Shown piece by piece: positions 36,833 to 46,262 of a stretch of 58,311 bases of DNA. The stretch is taken from positions 1 to 58,311 of IMG/VR virus record IMGVR_UViG_3300009788_000113. One strand, given 5' to 3'. Every line of letters begins with the position of its first letter. Within the stretch, counting starts at the first letter, position 1. The notes under the pieces are model-generated. The model had not been told where the DNA came from and did no database searches. It saw nothing but the letters and a program-made list of their open reading frames with translations. A program made the translations under genes and the position numbers. Source of the stretch: a virus (lineage: Duplodnaviria; Caudoviricetes).

Positions 36833-37446
36833 TTGGTGGGCCAGTCTTCGGGGTAGCGGAGGCGGGCGAGGGCTTGGATGTTGTAATCGAGGCAGATGGC
36901 TTGTCCGGTGCAGGTGCGGCCCCACCAGTGGGATTCATCGTCGGTCAACAAGGGTTCGCCTTGTTCGTCGAGCTTGGAGGCGAGCCAGGAGGTGACGAGC
37001 CACCATTCGTAGATTTCCTGGGGTTCACCGAGTTCGCGGATGCAACCCATAAGGGCTTCGTGGTTCGATTCTTCATTTGTGTCTTCGTCACTGGAGGTGA
37101 AGCCGCAGGAGGAAGAGGGGCAGATGATGCCACCTTGAGCATTCGTAGCGAGTTGATGGGAGGAGCAGTCGGGGCAGGAGTCACCGGGCATGGGTTCGAG
37201 GTCGGGGCGGTCCCATCGCTCGTCTATGTACGAGAGGCAGTCTGTGTAGGGCCAGGAGGAGGGGTCGGGGTAGAGGTTCTGTATCGAGTCATAGGAGTAG
37301 GCGGAGAGGGCGGGGTCTTCGGATTTGAGGAGGGCATCCATTAGGTAGGAGTGGCATTTGAGCACCTCCGATTGGACGAAGAGGCCGGTGAGGCGTTGGC
37401 GAGTGGATTCGGCGTTCATGTTCAGTGAGGGTGTGAGTGTGGGCAT
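36829..37446 (-). CDS. Phage hypothetical protein
   Basis: EIYEWWLVTSWLA...WWGRTCTGQAI pattern; start uncertain. Confidence 0.65.
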   Translation of the reverse strand: MPTLTPSLNMNAESTRQRLTGLFVQSEVLKCHSYLMDALLKSEDPALSAYSYDSIQNLYPDPSSWPYTDCLSYIDERWDRPDLEPMPGDSCPDCSSHQLATNAQGGIICPSSSCGFTSSDEDTNEESNHEALMGCIRELGEPQEIYEWWLVTSWLASKLDEQGEPLLTDDESHWWGRTCTGQAICLDYNIQALARLRYPEDWPTK

Positions 37447-37486
37447 GGGCGGGCGTCCTTGTGTGTCCCATCCGATATGGGTGGGG

Positions 37487-37771
37487 TTATGTGAGTGTGG
37501 AGTGTTGGTAACCGTCGCCTCGATGAATTGTGCCGAAGTATGAGAGGTGTACATTGTCGGCCTGTGCGAATGCTTCGATTCGTGAGGTGCATTCTGAGAG
37601 TGTGCAGTCGGCGTTATATCGTGGGGCGCTGACGTGTTCGGGCCAGTTAGCTACATACCATGAGTCATCATGGATTGATTCGACGCCGCATAGTTCTGTG
37701 TCCCCGTCGATCGACTCGAATAGTGGGGCGAGGTGTAAGCCTTGAATTGCTACTGATGGGTGCTTTGTCAT
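37487..37771 (-). CDS. Hypothetical protein
   Basis: Coupled start. Confidence 0.45.
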   Translation of the reverse strand: MTKHPSVAIQGLHLAPLFESIDGDTELCGVESIHDDSWYVANWPEHVSAPRYNADCTLSECTSRIEAFAQADNVHLSYFGTIHRGDGYQHSTLT

Positions 37772-37971
37772 GGTTTGGGTTCGGAGAGGCGGGTGTTGCG
37801 TTGTGTGGAGTTCTCGATTTGGAATATGCCGTTGACGCGGTAGATTCGTTTGTCGATGTCAGTGGGGAGGGCGTTGCCCCAGTGGATGTTGTCGGTGCGA
37901 TAGCCCAGGATGGTGTGGAAGGGTTTGCCGATGTCGGATTCGGTGATTGTGTGCAGGAGGGTGCGGGGCAT
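37768..37971 (-). CDS. Hypothetical protein
   Basis: HTITESDIGK...DIDKRIY repeat-like pattern. Confidence 0.55.
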   Translation of the reverse strand: MPRTLLHTITESDIGKPFHTILGYRTDNIHWGNALPTDIDKRIYRVNGIFQIENSTQRNTRLSEPKP

Positions 37972-37973
37972 GG

Positions 37974-38420
37974 TTAGGCCCTCATCCAGTATTCGACGCC
38001 ATCGAAATCAACGCTCATGTAGTCTTGTTTGAGTTCGTCGGCGGCTGCGTCCCAGTCAAGGTGGCTTTGGGGCCATCGGTGCTCATTGGGGATCATTCCG
38101 CAATCTTCGGCGAGTTGTTCAGCGTAGTCACGGAAATAGGAGTCTCGGATGAGGGTTTCGCCGTGTATCCAGTCGCCGTAGCCCTCGCCCTCGTCTGCGA
38201 GCAGTTTCAGTGATTTCAGTTCATAGCCGTTTTCGGTTTCCCATTCGTTTACTGATGTTGCCGCGTTGTGTATTGCGTCGGCGGTTACGTGAGGGTTTGT
38301 AGATAGGTCCACTCTCTCGGCTGCCAGCGTGTCACGTTCGTCTTGGAGTTCTTGTAGACGGGCGATGATGTCGCGGGAGTCGATGATGTCGGCGGTGTTT
38401 GAGATTTCGGTCGCGGGCAT
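37974..38420 (-). CDS. Acidic early protein, possibly ArdA-like antirestriction
   Basis: Very acidic; FRDYAEQLAED...LDWDAAADELKQDY resembles the ArdA C-terminus; early-region position. Confidence 0.45.
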   Translation of the reverse strand: MPATEISNTADIIDSRDIIARLQELQDERDTLAAERVDLSTNPHVTADAIHNAATSVNEWETENGYELKSLKLLADEGEGYGDWIHGETLIRDSYFRDYAEQLAEDCGMIPNEHRWPQSHLDWDAAADELKQDYMSVDFDGVEYWMRA

Positions 38421-38430
38421 GATGGGGCTC

Positions 38431-38712
38431 CTATGTGGTGATGCCTTCGCGTTTGTTGCGGGCGATTGTGGCGTTGATTTGGGCGAGGCGGGAGTCAATG
38501 CGAGATTGGGCCAGGGCGCGGGTGGCGAAGGGTTTGCCAGCCATTCCGTGGATTGTGCCATTGGAGTAGAGGATGGCGTATCCATTTGAGACTATGGCCC
38601 AATTGGGTTTGTCTGAGGATGCGGTGTAGGGGCATGCGCCGTGGATGGAGGCGGTGCGGCCGGTGAGGGTGTGACGCCAGTGGCGGGATTCGACTACTTT
38701 GATGGGACGCAT
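38431..38712 (-). CDS. Hypothetical protein
   Basis: AGGAG SD. Confidence 0.55.
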   Translation of the reverse strand: MRPIKVVESRHWRHTLTGRTASIHGACPYTASSDKPNWAIVSNGYAILYSNGTIHGMAGKPFATRALAQSRIDSRLAQINATIARNKREGITT

Positions 38713-38723
38713 GGGGTGGGCTC

Positions 38724-38966
38724 CTATGAATGAAACGGGGGCCATATCCAACCGACGCCCTCGGCATATCTTGATATGGTGACGATGAGCGCCTTACGAT
38801 CACGAGTGAATCGACCGAAGATGAACCGCTCGCCGCGAGGATTCGTGAATGTCCACAATTTGCGACAGGTACGGTTTAGTTCCCGCTCTTGAATACGGAG
38901 TAGCTCGCGGAGTCGCTTTGGCATGTCTGATCGGTTGATGGGTTCGTCAATTGCGGGGTTTATCAT
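38724..38966 (-). CDS. Hypothetical protein
   Basis: AGGAG SD before MINPAI. Confidence 0.5.
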   Translation of the reverse strand: MINPAIDEPINRSDMPKRLRELLRIQERELNRTCRKLWTFTNPRGERFIFGRFTRDRKALIVTISRYAEGVGWIWPPFHS

Positions 38967-39535
38967 CGTGGCTCCTGTGGGGTAATGCCTTTCAGTCGTT
39001 CGGTTTGTGCCTGTGAGGCGACTTGTTTCAATTCGGCGACGGTGACGACCGAGCCATCGGCGCAGTTGCACATATTGAATCGTTCGGAGCCTTCCTCGTG
39101 CCACTGGTTCGATTCGATGTCCTCGTAGATCGCCTCTTCGCTTAGCAGGCCATCAATCTCCGCGTCTACCCAGCGAGCGAATGAGCGCCACTGGGCGAGG
39201 GCGATGGCGTCCCAAGTGTCTAGGTCTGTGTTGATGCCATCGACGATGAGCCATCCGCCCGAGCGTCCCTCTGTGTAGACCTTGATGGATGCGCCCCATA
39301 TTTCGCGGGCTCGCTCTTGTGCGTCCTCGAAGAATTGACCTTGTGCGCTCTCAAATTGGAAGTTGAGCGCTTCTTGGGCGGTTTCATGGGAGCAGTCGAA
39401 GCGCTTAGCTACGTCATCTGCATCGACTGGCCATCGGTATACTTTGATGTCAAGAGCGGGTGTGGAGGAGCGTGCGTAGCCCTCGGAGTGGGTTTGTACG
39501 TCGTCCTTTGAGGTGATTCGGTTCGTGTCGCGCAT
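38963..39535 (-). CDS. Acidic hypothetical protein
   Basis: EGRSGGWLIV motif; AGGAG SD. Confidence 0.65.
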   Translation of the reverse strand: MRDTNRITSKDDVQTHSEGYARSSTPALDIKVYRWPVDADDVAKRFDCSHETAQEALNFQFESAQGQFFEDAQERAREIWGASIKVYTEGRSGGWLIVDGINTDLDTWDAIALAQWRSFARWVDAEIDGLLSEEAIYEDIESNQWHEEGSERFNMCNCADGSVVTVAELKQVASQAQTERLKGITPQEPR

Positions 39536-39648
39536 GGGGTGGGCTCCTGTGGGGGGGTGTTGTGGGTTAGTGGACGGGGATGGTAGGGGGATGGTAGGAG
39601 AGGGGTTTGTTAGGGTGTGGATGAGGGGCTCTTAAGAGGTATTTAAGG

Positions 39649-39906
39649 TCAGGTTGGGGTTTTCGGTTCTAGTTCGGTGCATTGTTCGCGGAATAGGGAA
39701 CAATCGAAATTGGGATTATCGAGAGCGAACGCATCGGACAATGGTTTGATTATGCTTAATAATCCGTTTACTTCCGCCCAATCACTACCATCATCGGGAC
39801 AGATGGCAGGCAGAGGATCTAAACAAGCTTGGCGTTGCTTACGATATTCACGATTGATAACCGCCGCCAAGGCTTCGTAGTGGCGTTTCTTGAAGAGTAT
39901 GGGCAT
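39649..39906 (-). CDS. Phage hypothetical protein
   Basis: FKKRHYEALA...FALDNPNFD..F pattern; SD-to-start spacer is a motif variant. Confidence 0.65.
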   Translation of the reverse strand: MPILFKKRHYEALAAVINREYRKQRQACLDPLPAICPDDGSDWAEVNGLLSIIKPLSDAFALDNPNFDCSLFREQCTELEPKTPT

Positions 39907-39988
39907 CGGATGGGCTCCTGGGGGTGCGTGAGGGTGAAACTCCCGCGCGGCGCGTTGACACCGGGGGGAGTGGGTGAGGGAGAGAGAG

Positions 39989-40369
39989 TCAGCCTGATAC
40001 GCAGTGTTCGCAGTGTTCACAAGTGATTTCAGACCAATCACCCCCTGGATTTGGTGTAAACTCGCTGCAATACGAGCAGCGGACAACACCCTCATCCTCG
40101 CAATGTCTATTCTCGATAGTCTCGTACCAGTCACCCCAGCTCGTAACTACAAACTCTCCACTAGGCTCGCGCCCGATTGTCGCTGTATACGTATCCCCTC
40201 GGTTCAGATACTCCAGCTCGACGCCAGCGCACTCCACGCGCTCAATCCCGTAATGACCTAGACCTATGTGCTGCACCATTCTTCCGATGCAGTCCATCGT
40301 CTGAGATTCTTTGTTAGCCCGAGCGGCGATTCTGTCCAATTTCGCACGTTCTTGTTCGGTGCATTGCAT
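39989..40369 (-). CDS. First early gene, hypothetical with Zn ribbon
   Basis: AAAGGAG SD; YLNRGDTYTATI; CSYC...CEHC. Confidence 0.7.
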   Translation of the reverse strand: MQCTEQERAKLDRIAARANKESQTMDCIGRMVQHIGLGHYGIERVECAGVELEYLNRGDTYTATIGREPSGEFVVTSWGDWYETIENRHCEDEGVVRCSYCSEFTPNPGGDWSEITCEHCEHCVSG

Positions 40370-40400
40370 TCTGAGGCTCCTTTGCGATGTTTACGATTTC

Positions 40401-40429
40401 ATCATATCACAAATATCGACCACACGCAA
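40401..40429 (-). promoter_or_regulatory. Sigma70-like leftward early promoter
   Basis: TTGCGT-N17-TATGAT with extended TG, ~30 nt upstream of the 40369 start. Confidence 0.65.
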
Positions 40430-40600
40430 CATATTACACCACACTTTGCACAATCGAGACTTACTCTCATTCTAATCACCCTGCGCGCACCCTTTTAGCC
40501 GCCACGACGAATATCACACACTAGTATTCACTAACCGCACACACACGCACATATTATGTGCACGCGATAGTATGGAGCGAATCTCCACGTATATTATCGT

Positions 40601-40629
40601 TTGACACGCGCACGCGCCCTAGATATGCT
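40601..40629 (+). promoter_or_regulatory. Sigma70-like rightward promoter
   Basis: TTGACA-N17-TATGCT. Confidence 0.65.
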
Positions 40630-40634
40630 CTTGC

Positions 40635-40803
40635 TGTCCCCGCGCGTGTGGGACAACGCTAACAAATGCCCCGTCGCGCGCTCCCATGCTCGGCGGGGTT
40701 TCAGCGGTCCTAAGGGTTCGTCCTAAGGATTGCGAGGTGTGCGAAGAGACGCGCGCACCTTAGCCCTGTTGTAGCTGTCTCTAGCTGCTCCAGGGTTTTC
40801 TTA
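40635..40803 (+). ncRNA. Candidate structured small RNA (~170 nt)
   Basis: Five consecutive hairpins, one with a UUCG loop, between the promoter and a terminator-like CCCTG...CAGGG-TTTTCTT; no ORF. Confidence 0.5.
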
Positions 40804-41275
40804 TGCCCCCGCAATAAGTAAACTCATACGCCGCCATTTTACTTAGCTACCTACAATCGGATGGGGCTCGCCACGATGGGCGCGCCGCGCGCACGCTCGC
40901 ACCAGGGCGATAGGCATATACCCGACACGCATATCCACAATTAGGCACGCACGCGCCCACGCACATATCCGGACGCCGCTATCGCCATTCGCGCGACCCC
41001 CCTCGGCCCCCTGGCGTCTTCGTTCATTTGGGGGCGAAACACCCTCCCTTACTGGAAATTACCCAAAAGTTACCGAAGGTTTCCGCCTTCTAACGCCCCA
41101 GAATACTCCCGACCTAACATAACCTTTACAAACACGCCCTTATGTGCCCTCACCTACTAACACTTCCCTAATCTGTAGCAAACGCCCCCCTAACCCACTC
41201 GCCCCGCTTCCCCGAATGTGTCCATCAGCACCCCTATCCCCCGACCACATACTTACATCACTCACCGGAAATAGA

Positions 41276-41551
41276 CTATAACAATGACAGCTTTCGCTAT
41301 AACAATGTCAACTAGGACACGTCAACTTGTCAACTTTTTGATACCGTAAAGGGGGTTCAGCCAGCTTTGGCAGCTTTGCAGCTTTTTTTGGATACTTTAC
41401 ATACGCGCGAGGCGCCTCATCGCGCAATATAGAGAGTATAGAGAGTGTACGACCAAAAAGCCGAAAAAGCTGACAAACCCGACATAATCGGCCCTCACAC
41501 CCCCGTCAGGGCCTATTCCCCACTCCAAAAGCTGTCATCAAAGCTGTCATC
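41276..41551. repeat. Iteron-like array, putative replication origin
   Basis: CAGCTTT copies on the left (41284-41294, three in ~41362-41386) face AAAGCTG(T/A)CA copies on the right (41466, 41528, 41540) around ATATAGAGAGTATAGAGAG; CTATAACAATG occurs twice; downstream of the helicase. Confidence 0.55.
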
Positions 41552-41843
41552 GACCTGGCAAATCCTGCATCTGTTAGCCTAACATCCCCCAGCTATCTAC
41601 TAATACCCCCACCTTCATCATATTTGCAACCCCCCCTCACACCCTCCTACCGCCCTTTCACCCCAACACACCCCTAATCTCCCCGCACTAACATATTCGC
41701 CCCCTCCCCGCCAAACACCCCCTTCTGCACACTAGCTATCGGATGGGACTCCCTAGGCGCGGGTTGCGTTGCTCCCCCCTCCCCGCTACACTCCACTCCG
41801 CGTCCTCTGCTTCGCCACACTCGCTCACAGAAAGGACTGAACA

Positions 41844-42122
41844 ATGGAAAGTATCAAATGCACCGTATGCGTAGGAAAACTTAGATGGCTCAAAGAAGAG
41901 GCTGCTGAGTCTTGCGTTTGCTTCTTGAATGACAGAAAAGTCATAGTTGCAGTGTTTACGAGGAGAGAAATGCACGACCCTATGGATGTGCATGATGTGT
42001 GGATGTGCGCCGAAGAGGGAGCGTTTACTGTGAGCGATATGTCGCCTCCAGAGGTGGTTAGCATGTCGGGCGGAATGTGTTCAACTCGTCCTATGATGCA
42101 AGATCCACAGGCCAAAAGGTAA
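41844..42122 (+). CDS. Hypothetical Cys-containing protein
   Basis: AAAGGA SD; AT-richer than flanks. Confidence 0.5.
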   Translation: MESIKCTVCVGKLRWLKEEAAESCVCFLNDRKVIVAVFTRREMHDPMDVHDVWMCAEEGAFTVSDMSPPEVVSMSGGMCSTRPMMQDPQAKR

Positions 42123-42125
42123 AAC

Positions 42126-43574
42126 CTATCTAACTAACTCCCGTCGCACGCTCAACCCCTTGACTCCTCTCTTCTCCTCTCCTCTCGTCTGTGAGACGCC
42201 CCAACTCGATAGCTCGCACAGCTTCTTCGGGAAGTGCATCTGACTCACCTGCGCCCTTCTGTTGTCCCTGATCGTGTACCCGTTCTCCTTCTCCCACCAC
42301 CTTCTCAACTCCCTCACCTTGTCGTTATGCACCCACCCCCCTCGATTCTTCACGAAGCAATCATCGAGGAACGCATCAAACAAATTACTTTCCCTATCGA
42401 ACTTCCTTATCACGTCCTGCGACGAACCTGGCATCTCAAACTTCTTCCTCGGATCCTCCTCCGCCTCCAACCGTATCGCCGCATCCACGAACCTCCTCGC
42501 TATCCCCGCCAACTCCCCATCCAGCTTCCGCCCCAACTCGAAGTCCTCTCTCCCCTCGAACGAATTCTCGAACCCCAGCGCGACCATCTTGCTCGATAGC
42601 CCCCTCGCCGTATTCGGTAGCGTCAACATCTGATTGCTCTGCACAATCGGCAGCGCCCTAATCACCACATCCTTCTTCTGCCTCAGATACTTCGCATTCA
42701 CCGTCAACGTATCTTCCCCCAGCACACTCTTAAGCAAGCTGCTCACCCTCTCCCCCGTCCGATTATCCAGATCACTAGCTTCCGAGATACAGAGCACCGA
42801 GCACACATCCACCCCATCCAATCCGAACCCATCCGCCAACTCCTCCATCTTCACCCCAAAGAACATCGGATGGGGCAGCAACCTCTTCAACACCCGCGTC
42901 CCCGATCCCTTCCCGCCTCGCACCTTCCCATACTCCAGCAGCCACTTCGCATACTTTCGCGTCCCCATCAGCGCGTACCCGTACATCCTTTCTCTCAACT
43001 CCGTCCACTTCTCATCCCCCGCGCCCCACTCCTCCATGCACGACTCCCACGTCGGGCACAACGCCTTCTCCTTGAACTCCACTGGCGCTACACACGGCGA
43101 GAAGAACTCCCGTCCCCTCTCCACCACCACATACTCCATCTTCCCCGTCTCCCTCAACTTCGCCGCGCTCGCCCTCACATCCACGAGACAATTCTTGAAC
43201 GCGATCACATGCCCGATATCCGGCTTATCCCCCCCTCCACCCAACCACGTCGGTATCGCCTCAAATTCCCCCCTCGTGATCGCCTCCAGCGCCCTCCTCA
43301 CATTCCTCACCTTGTTGATGTCCGGATGGAACCTCTCCGCTACCTGCACCCCCTCCTTCTCGCTCACAATCTCCTTCGCGTCCTCCAGCATCGTCCACAG
43401 CCCATCCTCCACCTCCGCCACGGTCCTCACGCACCAAACCTTCCCGTCCCACTCGTAGAAGCTCCCCTCGTGCTCATAGAGCATCCTCCCCCCCTTCTCA
43501 TCGGTCCACAGCCCTCCCACCAACTGCCTCGCCACCTTCATCGGCTCCCTCGATTCCAGCGTCAACCCTTGCAT
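42126..43574 (-). CDS. D5/P4-type SF3 helicase (no N-terminal primase domain)
   Basis: IAFKNCLVD and CPTW (D5_N-like), Walker A GKVRGGKGS, ISEASD, VNAKY, IVQSNQM; AGGAGG SD. Confidence 0.82.
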   Translation of the reverse strand: MQGLTLESREPMKVARQLVGGLWTDEKGGRMLYEHEGSFYEWDGKVWCVRTVAEVEDGLWTMLEDAKEIVSEKEGVQVAERFHPDINKVRNVRRALEAITRGEFEAIPTWLGGGGDKPDIGHVIAFKNCLVDVRASAAKLRETGKMEYVVVERGREFFSPCVAPVEFKEKALCPTWESCMEEWGAGDEKWTELRERMYGYALMGTRKYAKWLLEYGKVRGGKGSGTRVLKRLLPHPMFFGVKMEELADGFGLDGVDVCSVLCISEASDLDNRTGERVSSLLKSVLGEDTLTVNAKYLRQKKDVVIRALPIVQSNQMLTLPNTARGLSSKMVALGFENSFEGREDFELGRKLDGELAGIARRFVDAAIRLEAEEDPRKKFEMPGSSQDVIRKFDRESNLFDAFLDDCFVKNRGGWVHNDKVRELRRWWEKENGYTIRDNRRAQVSQMHFPKKLCELSSWGVSQTRGEEKRGVKGLSVRRELVR

Positions 43575-43604
43575 CCTTGCCTCCTATCGCGTACATTCCG
43601 TTGC

Positions 43605-43943
43605 ATGACCGCCCCAATAACCCTCAACCTCACCAAACGCCTCCCTAACTGGAATCTCGGCAGCTTCATCCAGATCCGCGAACACGAAGCACTGTGGATA
43701 CAACGAAGCGAAGACACCAACAAGGCTATGAAAGAGTTCGTGGCCGTCCTGAGTGATCCCGAGAAGTTCGCCACAATGCAGTTGATTCACGAATCTTGGG
43801 CCAGAGCCGAATCCAAAGAAGACTACGAAACCCTTGCCATTCTCCAAGAACGGCTCTATGAATTGTTCAAGTCGGCAGACACATCGCAGATCGAGGAGAC
43901 CACTCATGTCAACACTCGCAAGCGGATTGTCCACAGCGCTTGA
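43605..43943 (+). CDS. Hypothetical protein
   Basis: MTAPITL, divergent from the helicase. Confidence 0.5.
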   Translation: MTAPITLNLTKRLPNWNLGSFIQIREHEALWIQRSEDTNKAMKEFVAVLSDPEKFATMQLIHESWARAESKEDYETLAILQERLYELFKSADTSQIEETTHVNTRKRIVHSA

Positions 43944-44904
43944 GGGCCTTCTGAACGTCGCCCTCCTTACACCTCCCGAACTTGCATCCCCCACCGCCAC
44001 CGATCCCAAGACCGGCGTCTCCTTCGAGGAGCCCCGCGCTGCCCTCGCGCGCGCAGGCCAGCGACTCACCAAACAGGCCCAGCCCGCCACCACTCCCGCA
44101 ACTCCATCCGATGACACTGTGAAACGCGGCGCGCTTCCTGGCGAGACAAACGTGCCGGGAGGACGCCCCGTAGAGCCCGCGACCGACGCTACCACTCCCG
44201 CCACCGTGACCGCAGCGGAGAGCCCCATGCTCACCCGCCTCCGCGAGCGAATCGAGCGCGAACGCCTACGCCGCGAACTCGCGGACGAACAACGCAAAAC
44301 ACGCGACGCCCAGGTCGAGGTCTCACCCTTCAACCGCGCGCGCCGCGCTGTTAACGAGAACCGCCCCGACCTGAATGCCGCTGGCAAAGACGCCTTCGAC
44401 CGCGCCCTCACTGCGGGACAACTCGCAGGAATGAACGACACCCAGGCCCGCCGTTTTGCCCAGGAGAAGATGCGCCAAGCCCGCGAGGCTTTCATCAAAG
44501 AACTGCTCGGCGGAGTCACCGAGGAGTTGCAGGATCCCAACGACCCGACCCAAACAATCACCAACCGTCCCTTCGTCAACCCCGACACGGGCCGCGTCGC
44601 CGTACCTCGCCCTCGCCCCACCCCAACACGCACCGAACTTGGCCCACTCCTAGCGCGTGACGCCGCACCACCCGACTTCGCCGCCTCCGAGCAATTCGGA
44701 CGCGAGTTCCGCCGAGAATCGCAGCAGAAGCGCGCGCGCGGATTGCAGGAGCGAGGGGTTTCGACATTCAGCCCGGAGGATTTCGGGGCGGCGATCAGCG
44801 ACACGGCGACTCCCACAAATCAGGCATTGGACGAGCTATTGAGCGGGCGTTTGTCTGTTTCGCCTACAGTCGCTGATCTTCTTGGTCTATCTCGTGTCGC
44901 CTGA
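43906..44904 (+). CDS. Hypothetical protein (332 aa)
   Basis: GAGGAG SD before MSTLAS. Confidence 0.65.
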   Translation: MSTLASGLSTALEGLLNVALLTPPELASPTATDPKTGVSFEEPRAALARAGQRLTKQAQPATTPATPSDDTVKRGALPGETNVPGGRPVEPATDATTPATVTAAESPMLTRLRERIERERLRRELADEQRKTRDAQVEVSPFNRARRAVNENRPDLNAAGKDAFDRALTAGQLAGMNDTQARRFAQEKMRQAREAFIKELLGGVTEELQDPNDPTQTITNRPFVNPDTGRVAVPRPRPTPTRTELGPLLARDAAPPDFAASEQFGREFRRESQQKRARGLQERGVSTFSPEDFGAAISDTATPTNQALDELLSGRLSVSPTVADLLGLSRVA

Positions 44905-44931
44905 TCGCGCCGCTCGCCACAAGGATACACG

Positions 44932-45444
44932 ATGTCCGAACCTATGACAATGCTGAGCCTCGGCCCCGGACTCACCGCCGTCTCACAGGACGACATCTAC
45001 CGCCAACTCTCCATATTCGGCCTCTCCAAGAACGGCGTCTCCTCACTCCTCAAGAACTCCCTCCACGTCCCGCGCATCCACATGCCCAACCGCGAAAAAC
45101 TCGTGGACATAGTTTCCCTGCAACTCGCCTGGCGCGCAGTCAACCGCATAGGCTCCGGTGACTTCTACATGCCCGGTCACCCCTCCGTCACCAAAGGACG
45201 AGTCCCATCCGATAGTCGCACAAGCATCACGCCGCAGGAATTCTACGATAAGTACCCCATCTGGATCTCCGAACTCATGTACGCCCGCCAACTCGACTAC
45301 CGCCAGTTCACTCACGAAATGCAACGCTCGTTCCACCGCGCCGCCGAACGGATGAGTTTCGCCATGTCACGCATGGTGGGCGAAGGATCAAGAAGGTTAC
45401 CCCAGCCCGAACCCCTATCGGATGGGACTCAATATGCCGCCTGA
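44932..45444 (+). CDS. Hypothetical protein
   Basis: AAGGA SD; carries two motif copies in opposite orientation. Confidence 0.65.
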   Translation: MSEPMTMLSLGPGLTAVSQDDIYRQLSIFGLSKNGVSSLLKNSLHVPRIHMPNREKLVDIVSLQLAWRAVNRIGSGDFYMPGHPSVTKGRVPSDSRTSITPQEFYDKYPIWISELMYARQLDYRQFTHEMQRSFHRAAERMSFAMSRMVGEGSRRLPQPEPLSDGTQYAA

Positions 45445-46183
45445 ACCGAAGCACATCGTAAACCGCACCAACGGCGAGATCGTGGACTCATCTCAGAGCG
45501 AGGTGGGCGCGATCGTCAGTTTCTACGGCATAGATGGCTTCACGGGCGGGCTCATAGCTGGTGGTTTCAACCAGATTGACTGGGCGAAGAAGATCGCCGC
45601 TGCCATACGGCACGAAGACCCGAAGGTGTCGATAGCGGGCTCGAAAGAGCTTCGCGCCATCATGCGTGAAAAGGCGGAGATGAACGGCCACATCAACCGT
45701 ACACAGCAGTCATTCGTATCACAGAACGAAGAAGGAACACTCACTCAAACCGCCGCGCGCAAGCTACTTACGCGCTTGGAGGAGACCCCCCATGACGGCA
45801 GCAACGGATACAAAGCCGAAACCTTCCTCCCCCACGAGCCCTCCCAAGAAGGCGGCTCCGAAGCCTCCCAAGAAGAAGACGGTGGACGAGCTTCTGGAGG
45901 AGAGAGTTCCGGCGTCCCGGCTGAACAACGTGAGGACGTGCCTGCGCAGGACTCAGGAGATCCTCTCGTCAATCCCGCTACTGGCATTCACGAGGGGCTA
46001 CCAGGATCTGCTGGAGGACATGAGCGTGGAGGATCCACCCATCCTCTTGGGGAAACAGAGGGATCAAATAGCGCAACAAGTGTACGATCTTATTATGGAA
46101 ACCCGGGAGACATTGACCCCGAGGATGACGAAGACGGCTCTGGAGGTGATAGTGAATTGCCCGCTCCTCACACAGTCGCCTGA
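45434..46183 (+). CDS. Hypothetical protein, candidate small terminase
   Basis: Upstream of terL; helical core plus acidic tail. Confidence 0.45.
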   Translation: MPPEPKHIVNRTNGEIVDSSQSEVGAIVSFYGIDGFTGGLIAGGFNQIDWAKKIAAAIRHEDPKVSIAGSKELRAIMREKAEMNGHINRTQQSFVSQNEEGTLTQTAARKLLTRLEETPHDGSNGYKAETFLPHEPSQEGGSEASQEEDGGRASGGESSGVPAEQREDVPAQDSGDPLVNPATGIHEGLPGSAGGHERGGSTHPLGETEGSNSATSVRSYYGNPGDIDPEDDEDGSGGDSELPAPHTVA

Positions 46184-46262
46184 GTCCATTGTCATCATCC
46201 TCCTCCGCTTCGCAGCAACTATCGTCTACATGCGCGAATGCGAGGCTAACTGGGACATCTGA
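45792..46262 (+). CDS. Hypothetical protein overlapping the previous ORF
   Basis: GGAGGAG SD; stop coupled to the terL start (TGATG). Confidence 0.6.
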   Translation: MTAATDTKPKPSSPTSPPKKAAPKPPKKKTVDELLEERVPASRLNNVRTCLRRTQEILSSIPLLAFTRGYQDLLEDMSVEDPPILLGKQRDQIAQQVYDLIMETRETLTPRMTKTALEVIVNCPLLTQSPESIVIILLRFAATIVYMRECEANWDI

